From: an uncultured Pirellulales bacterium
GTDB taxonomy: Bacteria > Planctomycetota > Planctomycetia > Pirellulales > UBA1268
NCBI GenBank assembly: GCA_965662325.1
Contig: CBFIHW010000001.1
Span: 6,204-70,203 of the forward strand
Direction: 5' to 3'
Length of the DNA: 64,000 nt
In this document: positions 34,674 through 44,518 of the stretch, in pieces
How positions within the stretch are numbered: the stretch's first letter is position 1
Layout: each line of letters starts with the position of its first letter
Notes under the pieces: model-generated
The model's input: only the letters and a program-made list of their open reading frames with translations
Database searches by the model: none
Told to the model about the DNA's origin: nothing
Translations under genes and position numbers: made by a program

Positions 34674-36989
34674 TTATCCCGGAGAATTGAGTAACTGGTA
34701 GAGCCAGGGGTGCGTCCATGGGTTCCATGTGGGTGCTGCCGCGGACAATACCGAAAGTCCAAGAAGTATCAGTAAGAGTGAGTAGCCGGTCCTGCTGGCA
34801 GCCAAACGATCAGCTGCTGGCGTAAGAGAAGAGATCCAAATCGGTGCCAGCCAAAATACCCAACGGAACCCACTTGTTGAGCCACCATAGTTGCGGTCCC
34901 ACGGTTGTCGGGTCAAGTAAAAAAGGATAACAGTGATCGAAACAGCAATAATCGACAGAGATAAGATCTGCCATCCATGTCCAGGTCTCCTTAGCATAAA
35001 GATGAGACCGGGCAGAACGAGGAGCCAAACAGGGGTGAGTGAAAATATTCCATGGTGTCCAATGATTGCGTGAAACGCATACCGAGTAATCGATGCCTCA
35101 CCACGGTCGATACCACCCGGTGATCGCCAATAGCTTTCAATCACTCGTCCGTTCGGCATTTTGAATCGATAGTCATACCAATTTTCTGGATTCCATTGAT
35201 TTGCAGGAGTCTGTGTTTCAGAGGGTTTTAATGACATGTCAGAAGAATTTGGTGCGGCACGAAATGCGTATGGTGGCCATGCCGTGCCATGAGCAAGAAT
35301 GTTTGATCCAAGTGCCGCAATCAAAACAGTAAGCACTGCCGGAAGAGTGGCACAAGCAGTCTGTCGCCAGTCAAATGCAGCTAGAATCCCTACGACGGCA
35401 GTGGTCCAAGCAAGTGCAGGAAGATCAAAAGCCGCAGCAAGACCAGCGGTCAGGCCGGCTGTTGCAAAAAGCAACCAAGAACGCCCTTCTTTTTTGGTAA
35501 CAACCAAAACACAGTAAAGGCTTAGTGCAGTACACGCGGCAGCAAAGGAGTGATTGGTTAGTGCCACAGCGAATGTTGTAAGGAGGGTACCAAAGGCGAT
35601 GGTCGCTGCAGACCAGATCTTTCCTCGATCGGTTGTGCCGATTAGTTCAATACAGCTACATGATGCAAGAATGATAATTCCCAAAGGAACGAGTCCGTAA
35701 AGAACTAGCATGAAGCGACCAAGAAGAAACGGATGGTCTCCGAGGGTCCATCCTGTTGCTTGAACAAGTAACCAATATGGCCCTGCGAGCAGAAGCGAGA
35801 GGAGTGGCGGTTTGCTCGAATACAGGTGCAATTCCCCATTTTTGTCTGGATGAACAACTGCATCAATTGTGTCCCATCCAGGTTCTGCTGCCAGGTCTTC
35901 AATCGCAAATGTCCCACGTTCTGCGAGACTTCGAATCGTTAGCCATCGGCTGCGATCGTTCGCTGAAAGAAAAGGGCGGAAAAGTCCCTTTTCACGTCGG
36001 ATGCGATTGGACAGTTCTTGTCTTAGAGCAAACTCTTTGGCAGGGGTCAGTGGGGTTGAACTGCCTGCCGTTCGTCTTTCAATGGCTTCTTGAACAAGCC
36101 TCTTTTCCAACGCGAATCGATCTACTGTTGTAATCGTAGTGATCCGGCCAAGAACGCTGCTACATGCAATAAGAGCAAGAAGCCCATACATGAATTTTCG
36201 AAGACCAGCGGTAGGGTCAGCGAGAGAATTCTTCTGGTTTGCTGTGCAGAGTTGACCAGTCTGTAACCTCAGCCAAACAGAACCGAGATCGAACAGTCCA
36301 CGGAAGAAACGCCCAATGCCATATTTGGAGACTCCTTGGGTACGCCGGCGGTGATGGACCGGCTGTTCGACAATACGGTGTCCTGAGGCTGCAGCGAGAA
36401 CAGGTATAAACCGGTGCATGCCGGTCGCTAGCGGTAGCCGCTGAGCTACTTCACGACGCATTGCTTTCAGCCCACAATTGTGATCGTGAAGCGATACGTT
36501 TGTAAGCCAGCTGACAAGCAGATTAAAAACTCGAGATGGCATTGTTTTATGCCAAGGGTCCAGCCGCGGTGTTTTCCATCCGTTCACAAGGTCGGCTTCT
36601 GCCGGGGGTGCCTTTTGACCAACAGGGGCCATGCCCAGTTGTGTGAGCATTTTCGGGATTTCACTTGGGTCATCCTGTCCATCACCGTCAAGCATGACAA
36701 CAGCTTCACCGCGAACGCTTGCGAACCCCCTTGAGAGAGCAGCGGATTTTCCACGGCCATCTTTGAGATGGATTAAATGAATGTGCGATGTGTCGCGCGA
36801 GAGGGATTCTACTTCATCAACTGATCTATCAGTTGAACCATCATTGATAACTAGAATTTCCCAGGAGAATCCGGCTGTCTCAAGTGATATACCAATCTCT
36901 TGTATTAGAGGGCCGATGTTACCCGCTTCATTACGGATGGGGATAACGAGTGAGACCTGAGGGAGATCAGTTGTGTGAGTTGAGGTCAT
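34674..36989 (-). CDS. Fusion protein: N-terminal GT2 polyprenyl-phosphate glycosyltransferase (GtrB/ArnC/DPM1-like) + C-terminal multi-pass GT-C (ArnT/PMT_2-like) domain
   Basis: The GT2 part reads VSLVIPIRNEAGNI...VINDGSTDRS...MLDGDGQDDP...GLKAMRR. After two TM helices comes an ArnT-like loop, ERGTFAIEDL...LYSSKPPLLSLLLAG, and about 9 further hydrophobic segments. Confidence 0.75.
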   Translation of the reverse strand: MTSTHTTDLPQVSLVIPIRNEAGNIGPLIQEIGISLETAGFSWEILVINDGSTDRSVDEVESLSRDTSHIHLIHLKDGRGKSAALSRGFASVRGEAVVMLDGDGQDDPSEIPKMLTQLGMAPVGQKAPPAEADLVNGWKTPRLDPWHKTMPSRVFNLLVSWLTNVSLHDHNCGLKAMRREVAQRLPLATGMHRFIPVLAAASGHRIVEQPVHHRRRTQGVSKYGIGRFFRGLFDLGSVWLRLQTGQLCTANQKNSLADPTAGLRKFMYGLLALIACSSVLGRITTITTVDRFALEKRLVQEAIERRTAGSSTPLTPAKEFALRQELSNRIRREKGLFRPFLSANDRSRWLTIRSLAERGTFAIEDLAAEPGWDTIDAVVHPDKNGELHLYSSKPPLLSLLLAGPYWLLVQATGWTLGDHPFLLGRFMLVLYGLVPLGIIILASCSCIELIGTTDRGKIWSAATIAFGTLLTTFAVALTNHSFAAACTALSLYCVLVVTKKEGRSWLLFATAGLTAGLAAAFDLPALAWTTAVVGILAAFDWRQTACATLPAVLTVLIAALGSNILAHGTAWPPYAFRAAPNSSDMSLKPSETQTPANQWNPENWYDYRFKMPNGRVIESYWRSPGGIDRGEASITRYAFHAIIGHHGIFSLTPVWLLVLPGLIFMLRRPGHGWQILSLSIIAVSITVILFYLTRQPWDRNYGGSTSGFRWVFWLAPIWISSLTPAADRLAASRTGYSLLLILLGLSVLSAAAPTWNPWTHPWLYQLLNSPG

Positions 36990-37185
36990 GCAAATTAAGG
37001 TGCGGTGGGTCGAGGAGACCGGCAGTCAGTGATATATCTGCTCATTCTTAGTATTGCACGGGATAGCCACATGCAACGAGTCAAAAATTGATTTTTCGCA
37101 CTTTGCAGCAGACCAGTTTACAATCGAGAGTCTGTGGTCGAGAGAATTGGCCAAAATACGTACATAACCAGAGTTCCGCAACATC

Positions 37186-38259
37186 ATGACACGTCTGATT
37201 TCTCTTGGTGTAATTCTTGGGCTGGTGGTGATATTTGGGCTGCTCTCGCTAAGAGTTATGTCCATTTTTCTATTGCCACTTCTGTTGGCTGCAATGCTTG
37301 TCGTGATTTTTGGACCTATGTACAGAGCTCTGCGGCAGAAGTTAGGGGTGCAGGAATGGCTCGCTGCTGGTCTCACGACAGGATTTGTTTTGATCATAGT
37401 TCTTGTTCCGCTTGCGCTCCTTGTTGTCAGAGCCGGTGGAGATGCGATTGCAATGGCGCAAAGCCCTAATGGAATACGGCTTGACCCAACGGTGCTTTCC
37501 GGGCTCATTGAAACAGTGAATGAAACGACGGGTCTTTCCCTCACCGCTGACGACATCAATACAGAGTTGAAAAAAATAGCGGAAAACTTTTTTGGTCCGA
37601 TTGCGACGCGTGCTCCAGTCGTGGCAGCAAAGTTGTTTATCGGAGTGATTATTATGACTGTCGCACTGTTTTACTTTCTCGCCGATGGGGCAAGAATGTT
37701 TGACGCGGTGACACGATTAATTCCTCTCGATCAGCGATACCAGTGGCAGTTTTTAACAGAATTTGAGGAGGTTAGTCGTGCTGTAGTGAGCTCGACTTTA
37801 TTGGCTGCGATAGTCCAGGCCGTCCTAGCGGGGTTTGGTTTTTATGTCGCGGATCTCCAGGCTGTTTTTCTGTTAACGCTACTTACATTTTTTGGTGCTC
37901 TTATACCGTTTGTTGGTGCCGCAGCAGTTTGGGGTTCAGCTAGCCTCTATCTACTCTTTTTTGCAAAGAGTACGTGGGCGGCTGTTGGTCTTGCGTTATG
38001 GGGTGCCTTAGTGGTTTCAACAGTCGACAACATTATTAAGCCATACGTTTTGCAGGGGCAGTCAAAGCTTCATCCGCTGCTTGCGCTGCTGAGTATTCTG
38101 GGTGGAGTCGGTGCGTTGGGACCCATAGGAGTCTTTGTTGGGCCGATTGCAGTTGCATTCTTGCAAGCAGCCTTGACTATGCTACAGACTGAACTTGATA
38201 CGCTTTCAGATCACATGCCAGAGAAGGAAGCAACGGTCTCGCCGGAAAGCAACTTCTAA
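37186..38259 (+). CDS. AI-2E family transporter (PerM/UPF0118)
   Basis: The 357-aa protein has about 8 TM segments. The motif LIPFVGAAAVWG...VDNIIKPYVLQG is typical of the family. Confidence 0.8.
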   Translation: MTRLISLGVILGLVVIFGLLSLRVMSIFLLPLLLAAMLVVIFGPMYRALRQKLGVQEWLAAGLTTGFVLIIVLVPLALLVVRAGGDAIAMAQSPNGIRLDPTVLSGLIETVNETTGLSLTADDINTELKKIAENFFGPIATRAPVVAAKLFIGVIIMTVALFYFLADGARMFDAVTRLIPLDQRYQWQFLTEFEEVSRAVVSSTLLAAIVQAVLAGFGFYVADLQAVFLLTLLTFFGALIPFVGAAAVWGSASLYLLFFAKSTWAAVGLALWGALVVSTVDNIIKPYVLQGQSKLHPLLALLSILGGVGALGPIGVFVGPIAVAFLQAALTMLQTELDTLSDHMPEKEATVSPESNF

Positions 38260-38323
38260 TTTTTTAGTCAGGTTCAGTTGATTTGAGAAATCTCTGATCA
38301 ATAACTTTTTATGAGGAACAGCT

Positions 38324-38797
38324 ATGGTCATCGAATTACTAACACTGGTGGCCGCAATGTTGGCTACAGGAATTGAGACAGCATTTGTACCAAGTGATGG
38401 CGGGGGAGGAGAATACTTGGTACGAGTCGAACCCGATCTGGTTTCAAGCCGAAGCCCTTACACCTTCACGAGTGATATTCCAGTTGATGAACGGGATGTT
38501 CGAAGGGTATGTATTTATGTCGCGGATCACTGGCCGGCAGCTGTAGAACGAACAGTTATAGAAGCAGCGTCGCGTCCCAAAGCAACACCAGCTGGAATTG
38601 CTATGGACGATGGAGATGCCAGCAGGATCATCTCTGATAAAGAAAATAAACCGTGGTCACTCTTGGTTGGTTCATTGATAGCACTTTTTCTTTCGCTTGG
38701 TTGCAACGCCTACCTTGGTGTTCTTCTTGGAGGCATGCGAATACGGTACCTGTCGTTGGTCCGAGAGCGTATTCCTGATGTCTCCGGGGCAGGGTAG
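38324..38797 (+). CDS. Hypothetical protein with an N-terminal hydrophobic segment and a C-terminal TM anchor
   Basis: I recognise no motif in this 157-aa ORF. The hydrophobic segments are LLTLVAAMLATG at the N-terminus and WSLLVGSLIALFLSLGCNAYLGVLLGG near the C-terminus. A T7 run follows the stop. Confidence 0.45.
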   Translation: MVIELLTLVAAMLATGIETAFVPSDGGGGEYLVRVEPDLVSSRSPYTFTSDIPVDERDVRRVCIYVADHWPAAVERTVIEAASRPKATPAGIAMDDGDASRIISDKENKPWSLLVGSLIALFLSLGCNAYLGVLLGGMRIRYLSLVRERIPDVSGAG

Positions 38798-38903
38798 CAC
38801 ACCCCCCTGCCGTCGCTGGTTCGCTTTTTTTATCTAGATGCTGCGGCAGAACTGAACTCCATTGATGTGTCTATTCTGCATTGGCAAAAAAGTGTTCAGC
38901 AAA

Positions 38904-41900
38904 TCAACAAGACTCTGGCGGTAGAGTAATGTCTACTGTTCCGTCAGCTGAGATTTCTTTTGAACCAAGAGTACGAACGGTTGCTTTCGCTTCCCGAAAG
39001 AGCGTGGCCACGTGAGCATGGCACGTGAGAACCACCATTTGGTGATCACCGTTGCGATCATTCATGAATTCAACAAGAGTGCGTGATGCGGCTTTGGCCC
39101 GTTGATCATCAAAGTTAACCAAGGCGTCGTCCATAACCACAGGAAGTGTAATGCCTTGTTCGTGCAGGTCACGTACGAGGGCGAGTCGCAGAGCGAGAAA
39201 AACCTGTTCTCGAGTGCCTCGGCTGAGTCGTTCCGGGTTCCAGATCGAACCAGCAGCGTCATGGACATCAAGCCGGGCTTCATCAGCCGCCGTAGTGATC
39301 TGAACGTATCGGCCCTCTGTAAGTCGAGCAAGCCAGTGAGACGCTTCAATAAGTGCAGCGGGTTGGTGGTGCCTCGCCACTTCCGCACGGGTGCGTTCTA
39401 AAAGTTCGCAAGTACATTTGAGCAGAGAAATACGTTGATCATGTGCTGCTATTTGTGCATCAACTACAGCAACTTGATGCTGAATACTTTCCGGACCATT
39501 GTTTTTTTCGACCAGTTCGATTTCTTTCTCAATTTCGGCAATTCTGCCCTTCTGAACACGAAGGTTTTCGCGTAGTTCTTTTGTTGCGGTTTCAGCATCA
39601 GACAGTCGCTCTTCGAGAGAAATTTCAGAAGATTGCTCGATCCATGTGTCAAGTAGGCTCGGGTCTTCGAATCGACTCCTACCGTCTTGCCACGTTCGCT
39701 CTGCGATACGAGTCTTTTCCGTAAGCTCGTCAAAGTATGGCCGCCGATCAGTCTTTGAGAGAAATATTTCTTCAGTTTTAGCATCCCATCGTTCGAGCCT
39801 CGCTTTGAGTGTGCGGTCGCATACCTTGAGTTGGCGAATTGCCTGCCGATGGCGAATCCTCGCCCTTTCGAGCTTGCGGGCACATGTTTTTTGTCGTTCG
39901 TGGAGTTGCCGCTGCTTGTTCATAAGGTCATCGAGTTGCTGAAGTTGATCGAGTGAAGTGCCTTCTGGCACGAGTTCACACTCAACAAGGATTGCTTCAA
40001 TTCGTCTCGAAGCAGCAGCTAATTCTTCACGTTTATGACGAGCCTCGTCAGAGAGTCGCCGTCGGTCGTCGTCGAGCGTAAGGAGTTCGTGGCGGTGTGT
40101 GCCAATACGCCAGACTTCAGAAGGGCTTAAGGTGCTAGGTAGTCCTCTATGCTCAAGAGATTTCTGCCAGCGAGCAACGCTTTTCTTTCGTCGACTGAGA
40201 GCTATCTTTAATTTCTCCCTAGCTTTGGAGATGCGATCCCTGTGGCCGCGAAGGACTCCATCGTAGCTTGCCATGTGTTCCAGCCGAATGATTTCAGCGT
40301 CTGCCCGTGCGGCCTGTCGCTCGAGATTGGTTTGTCTCGCATCAGCGAATTCTGGCTGTGAATCATGCACCTCTGTACTGGAATATGAGTACTGACTTGA
40401 GGGTTTTGAGATTATGGTATCGAGTGTTTCGCATTGAGTGGAAATATCTTTGTACTGCTTTTGTGCAAGTGCGTGCTGGCGACGTGTTTCTCCAAGCCGT
40501 GCTCCGGAGGATTTGTCAAGCGTCCAGGTCATGACAGAGGCCACACCGGTGCCTGCCAGACCAAGTGCCGCGATGACGTAAGCAAGAGGGCCAGTTACAA
40601 CTGATGGCAACAGAAGGCCGGATAGCAGCATTCCGGCTCCAACAACAAAAATGCTGCCGAGCCCAAGCAACCAGCTTAATGGCATTACCTGGCTGGCAAG
40701 TTGTTTGCCCATTTCCTGTTCAAGTTGTGTGATCGTCTGGTGCAGTTCATTCATTCGTTCCCCCGCATTCATCCGTTTACGGATTGCCGCAGACTGTTCT
40801 GTAGCTGCTTCAACAGCAGCAGTGAGAGTTGAGCCGCTGAGTGCTGCTCCATCTTTGTCAAATTGTCGCTCAGCTTTCGCGAGTTCTGACCGTGCTCGGG
40901 CAACCTGCTTGCGAGCAGAAGCGACTGCCCGAGACGCACGTTTACAGTTACGTGCCCTATTGCGTAGCGGGCCGAATGAAAGCGAGAGCCCCTCAGGTAA
41001 TACAACAGCCATGCCGACGTCGGTGGTTAGTGGATCCTCAACCGAGATGACTTTTGTGAGTCCGCAGAGTCCGATCTGTTCCCCAAAACGGCGGGCTGCA
41101 AGCCTTGCATGAGCCTCGGTTCGAGTAACGTCGGCGACAAGTCGCTCTACATGCGAACGATCCTCTAGGAGACTCTGTATTTCAACACGTTTTTTCCAGA
41201 TGGCGGTCTTGGTGTCATGGCTGGCGAGTTCTCGGGCCAGTCTCCTTCTCTCATTCAATCGCTTTTTGACAACACGTGAGACCTGCTTTCGCTTTTTTGT
41301 ATCGTGTTGCCACCCATCGAAGTCAGGGTGCACCAAAGCAACCTTTTTGAGTGACTCGAGTTCGTCAGAGAGTCTTTGCCATGCGTGTCGTAACTGGCTT
41401 GTTGGCAGAGCGTCACGTGCAAGGCTTTCTGTAGCAGCGGCTCTTGTCACAGCTTTTTCAAGGTTTGTTATTTCTCGTCTGACTTTGGTGTGCTCAATGA
41501 ACAGGTCTCCAACATAATATTTAGATTGTGTGTCACTTTCGGCTTTCTGTAGCTCATCTCGTTTTTCGATAAGAAGTTGCCGCGGTGTCTTTTCGCTGTC
41601 TCCTTGTGCAAGTCGTTGAAGGGCTTCTTCGATCTGCCTAATAGTTCTTGCCACTTGTGATCTATCAAGACCATTTGCGAGTTCATATAACCGACTCCCA
41701 CACCCTTCCGGTGCAAGCGTGCGAAGTTCATGGAGTTCGTCAAGCCCAAAGGCCATGACGTTTGTGAATGTGGCTTCGTCAATATCGCCCACGATGTCCT
41801 GAAGATAGATGCGTTGATCATCCGTGTGGGCTCCATCAAGTTGCTCTACAGTGATACTGTCTCCCTCGTCACCACCGAGCCCAACGATGTCATCTTCGTA

Positions 41901-42215
41901 ACTTTCTCTTGTGAGTGCTGCGATGCCCGGTCCCTCGTGGCGGCGTTCAATGATGAAACGATGACGTTCTCGTTTGCCTCGAGGGCCTTTTCCTGTGACA
42001 ACAACGAGTCGGCCGCAACAAGGAACTTTTGGATCAAGAACACCTCTTCTAAATAATCCCTCGAACCCAAAGAACACAGCTCGGATGAACTCGAGTAATG
42101 AGGTTTTGCCGATTTCATTTGTGCCGTGAATAACTTCGATACCCTGACCAAGGTCTTTTAGGCTGACCTGTTGCAGTCCTCCGAAGCGTTCAATCTCAAG
42201 TCGCTCAATGTGCAT
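38904..42215 (-). CDS. SMC/SbcC-like AAA ATPase of the YhaN type (coiled coils interrupted by two TM helices)
   Basis: The N-terminus is MHIERLEIERFGG...HGTNEIGKTSLLEFI (Walker A). More than 800 aa of heptad-rich sequence follow. Central hydrophobic helices read LSWLLGLGSIFVVGAGMLLSGLLLP and LAYVIAALGLAGTGVASVMTW. The C-terminus has LSRGTREQVFLALRLAL (signature) and LPVVMDDALVNFDDQR (Walker B/D-loop). Confidence 0.75.
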   Translation of the reverse strand: MHIERLEIERFGGLQQVSLKDLGQGIEVIHGTNEIGKTSLLEFIRAVFFGFEGLFRRGVLDPKVPCCGRLVVVTGKGPRGKRERHRFIIERRHEGPGIAALTRESYEDDIVGLGGDEGDSITVEQLDGAHTDDQRIYLQDIVGDIDEATFTNVMAFGLDELHELRTLAPEGCGSRLYELANGLDRSQVARTIRQIEEALQRLAQGDSEKTPRQLLIEKRDELQKAESDTQSKYYVGDLFIEHTKVRREITNLEKAVTRAAATESLARDALPTSQLRHAWQRLSDELESLKKVALVHPDFDGWQHDTKKRKQVSRVVKKRLNERRRLARELASHDTKTAIWKKRVEIQSLLEDRSHVERLVADVTRTEAHARLAARRFGEQIGLCGLTKVISVEDPLTTDVGMAVVLPEGLSLSFGPLRNRARNCKRASRAVASARKQVARARSELAKAERQFDKDGAALSGSTLTAAVEAATEQSAAIRKRMNAGERMNELHQTITQLEQEMGKQLASQVMPLSWLLGLGSIFVVGAGMLLSGLLLPSVVTGPLAYVIAALGLAGTGVASVMTWTLDKSSGARLGETRRQHALAQKQYKDISTQCETLDTIISKPSSQYSYSSTEVHDSQPEFADARQTNLERQAARADAEIIRLEHMASYDGVLRGHRDRISKAREKLKIALSRRKKSVARWQKSLEHRGLPSTLSPSEVWRIGTHRHELLTLDDDRRRLSDEARHKREELAAASRRIEAILVECELVPEGTSLDQLQQLDDLMNKQRQLHERQKTCARKLERARIRHRQAIRQLKVCDRTLKARLERWDAKTEEIFLSKTDRRPYFDELTEKTRIAERTWQDGRSRFEDPSLLDTWIEQSSEISLEERLSDAETATKELRENLRVQKGRIAEIEKEIELVEKNNGPESIQHQVAVVDAQIAAHDQRISLLKCTCELLERTRAEVARHHQPAALIEASHWLARLTEGRYVQITTAADEARLDVHDAAGSIWNPERLSRGTREQVFLALRLALVRDLHEQGITLPVVMDDALVNFDDQRAKAASRTLVEFMNDRNGDHQMVVLTCHAHVATLFREAKATVRTLGSKEISADGTVDITLPPESC

Positions 42216-42290
42216 GAATAAGGTTCCTTGAAGGTAGTCGCGTTGGCGTTCTACTCACCTTTCCTTGGTGATTGCATCTTTTTTGCTCTT

Positions 42291-43502
42291 TTATTCACTT
42301 TCGAGAAGTTCAAGTGCCAGCCAGCCAGCTTCACGTTGGTCCGTTGTTCCGGGAGACGCAGCTTCGGCCTCTGTCACCAAGTCGGCGAGAGCAGATGTGA
42401 AAGAGTTGCTCGCACCCGGACGTCCTCCAGAACGGTTGCGTCCAAGGGCCGCAAGTGGTTCTTTAACGTCAGCAGAGATACTTTGTATCCAAATAGTAGG
42501 AGATGCCGCGGCACAACGTTCACGGAGAATCCTTTTTGTCTCCGGGGCAATTTCATTGACCTCTAGCCGTCGGGTGATACTGGTGCCGCATGCTATTTGG
42601 CAGTCTAATATGATAAGTGGATTCCCTGCTATTACTTCGTCGCCTTCTGGCACGACGGTACCCAGCAAATCCTGACAGGCTTCCCAGAGGAGTTGGGAGA
42701 GTGCTTCATGGTCCTCATCAGCTGATTCGATATGAATGGTTCGCCAGATAACCTCACTTACTGGAAGTTGTTTCCACTGATCAACTGTGCATTTATTTCC
42801 CAAACGAGAATTATTGTCACCATCAGCTTGTGGTTTGTAGAACGTAAGCCCATAGCAACCAGTGTTCAGTGAGTCCGTTTGGCGACGTGATTGAATACTC
42901 GGAAGTGGAAGAACATGATGAGGCAGTGAAGAAGGGGATTTCGTTGCCCAGATAGCTAACGTGCTAGGCTGCGACAAATGACTTGACGATAGAAATGATG
43001 TCACGTCATTGGCCAGGCGCGTATCCGAGCCAACAATGATTTGCCGATGGAGGGGCTCAAATGAACTCTGAGCAGCGATCCTCTCGACATCTGCTTCATT
43101 AGAAACAGCCCACAGTTCAACGGTTGTAGAACGAATAGTTTGGGTCCAGGGGCGGAGAGAGCTGGCAAAAGAGAGCCCTTTCGGTTCCCCCAGCATGCGT
43201 AGGAATTCCTGGCCATCAGCTGGATTTGTTGTCACCCAGAGCGTCTCGCAATCGTGGTCAGCAGCCTGGATAATCAAACGACGCAATGCAATGAGTTGTG
43301 CTGGACTCACACGAGTGGGGTCCACGATTGATCCACAGAGAACAATTCCTTGAACCTGTGATTCAATTGCAAGGTGGTATGTCTTTTCGAGCGTTTTTAG
43401 AGGTGCTCCACGGAGTCTGGCTGCGAGTGATTGAGGCATGTCGTCGGGTTCAGCAATCGCTTCGTCAATTGCTGGATTACCGATAAAGAGCAGATCGAAC
43501 AT
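42291..43502 (-). CDS. YhaO/SbcD-like calcineurin-fold protein with apparently degenerate phosphoesterase motifs
   Basis: The 403-aa length and position upstream of the YhaN-like ATPase match YhaO. The motif positions are kept but the residues are replaced: LLFIGNPAIDE (for hHxxDxHLG), IVLCGSIVD (for GDLFD), LWVTTNPAD (for GNHD), IIVGSD (for hhHG) and AIWATKS (for GHIH). A strong SD (AAGGAGGAG) precedes the ATG at 43502. Confidence 0.55.
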   Translation of the reverse strand: MFDLLFIGNPAIDEAIAEPDDMPQSLAARLRGAPLKTLEKTYHLAIESQVQGIVLCGSIVDPTRVSPAQLIALRRLIIQAADHDCETLWVTTNPADGQEFLRMLGEPKGLSFASSLRPWTQTIRSTTVELWAVSNEADVERIAAQSSFEPLHRQIIVGSDTRLANDVTSFLSSSHLSQPSTLAIWATKSPSSLPHHVLPLPSIQSRRQTDSLNTGCYGLTFYKPQADGDNNSRLGNKCTVDQWKQLPVSEVIWRTIHIESADEDHEALSQLLWEACQDLLGTVVPEGDEVIAGNPLIILDCQIACGTSITRRLEVNEIAPETKRILRERCAAASPTIWIQSISADVKEPLAALGRNRSGGRPGASNSFTSALADLVTEAEAASPGTTDQREAGWLALELLESE

Positions 43503-43660
43503 GGTCTCCTCCTTTCTTAGTAGGGCGAGCGTTGTCGTCGACGCGCGACACGCTCACAAAAAGGCGTGAGTCGCGTAACCGGTTAGCGTCGCTAATCTTT
43601 ACGTGGTTTACCTGGTCTGCCAGTCCGCTAGGGACTGTACCGGCAATCCGCTGAATTCCG

Positions 43661-44518
43661 CTACTGCAAAAGAGGTGGCTGGTGTGCAAATGCTTCGGCT
43701 GCCGCCTTGCACCAGTCTTTTTCAGCCTGAGATGGTCCCAGAACGGCCAAAATTCGGCCGCGATGGAGTACTCCTTTCTCAATTATTGTCGGGAAAAAAT
43801 AGCTTTTCAGCACGTGTTGATGTGCTGCTGGGCTATGACAAGCTTTGGCAGGTGTGGATGTCAACGCCGTGTGATGAATTTCGTCACTGCGGGTAAACAA
43901 TGCAATGGTGTGTTCAAAGCATGCAAGTTGGAATACAAAACATTGGACCAGTACGGTTTGGCCGGTGTTTTGGCTCCAGTACTCACGCGATCCTAGTGTC
44001 TCTCGTTCCCACTGGAATGAGTTATTCGACCATCTTCCTGTTTGCGCTGATGTTGCCAGGAATGAACATTCAACGGCAAGACATCCATCACTTTTCTCTC
44101 TGAGTGTCTCGCTGGAGAGAATGAGTTCTGCTGTAATCGAATTATCTATATCATTCGATGGGCACCACGTACTCTGAAGTCTCCATAAGCCGCTAGTTTT
44201 TAATTTCCGGGCATCGTTAACTGCATAGACACCAGTAGCGTCATTCCCCCGGAGCCAACCATCACTGAACGTAAGAGACTGTTTGGGAAGACAGATTCCA
44301 AGTATGGAAATCGAGGAGTCACCAGACTTTATGGATATGCCCGAGCCTGGTTTTGCTAAATCCAATTGAGTTGTCAGTGACCCAAGTTTGTGTGTCCATT
44401 TCTCACGATTAGCCCGCAAATTGTCTTCTGACTCGCTCGTGTCAGAAGTCCAATTTTGTTTTGACTGAGACTGAGATGGAGACTCGATTTTCATGATGGA
44501 GAATGTGTCTGCTGGCAA
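43661..44518 (-). CDS. Hypothetical protein (285 aa), first gene of the minus-strand cluster
   Basis: This is a long ORF on the same strand as the two downstream genes, with a 158-nt gap before the next one. I recognise no motif. An alternative start is the ATG at 44494. Confidence 0.45.
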   Translation of the reverse strand: MPADTFSIMKIESPSQSQSKQNWTSDTSESEDNLRANREKWTHKLGSLTTQLDLAKPGSGISIKSGDSSISILGICLPKQSLTFSDGWLRGNDATGVYAVNDARKLKTSGLWRLQSTWCPSNDIDNSITAELILSSETLREKSDGCLAVECSFLATSAQTGRWSNNSFQWERETLGSREYWSQNTGQTVLVQCFVFQLACFEHTIALFTRSDEIHHTALTSTPAKACHSPAAHQHVLKSYFFPTIIEKGVLHRGRILAVLGPSQAEKDWCKAAAEAFAHQPPLLQ

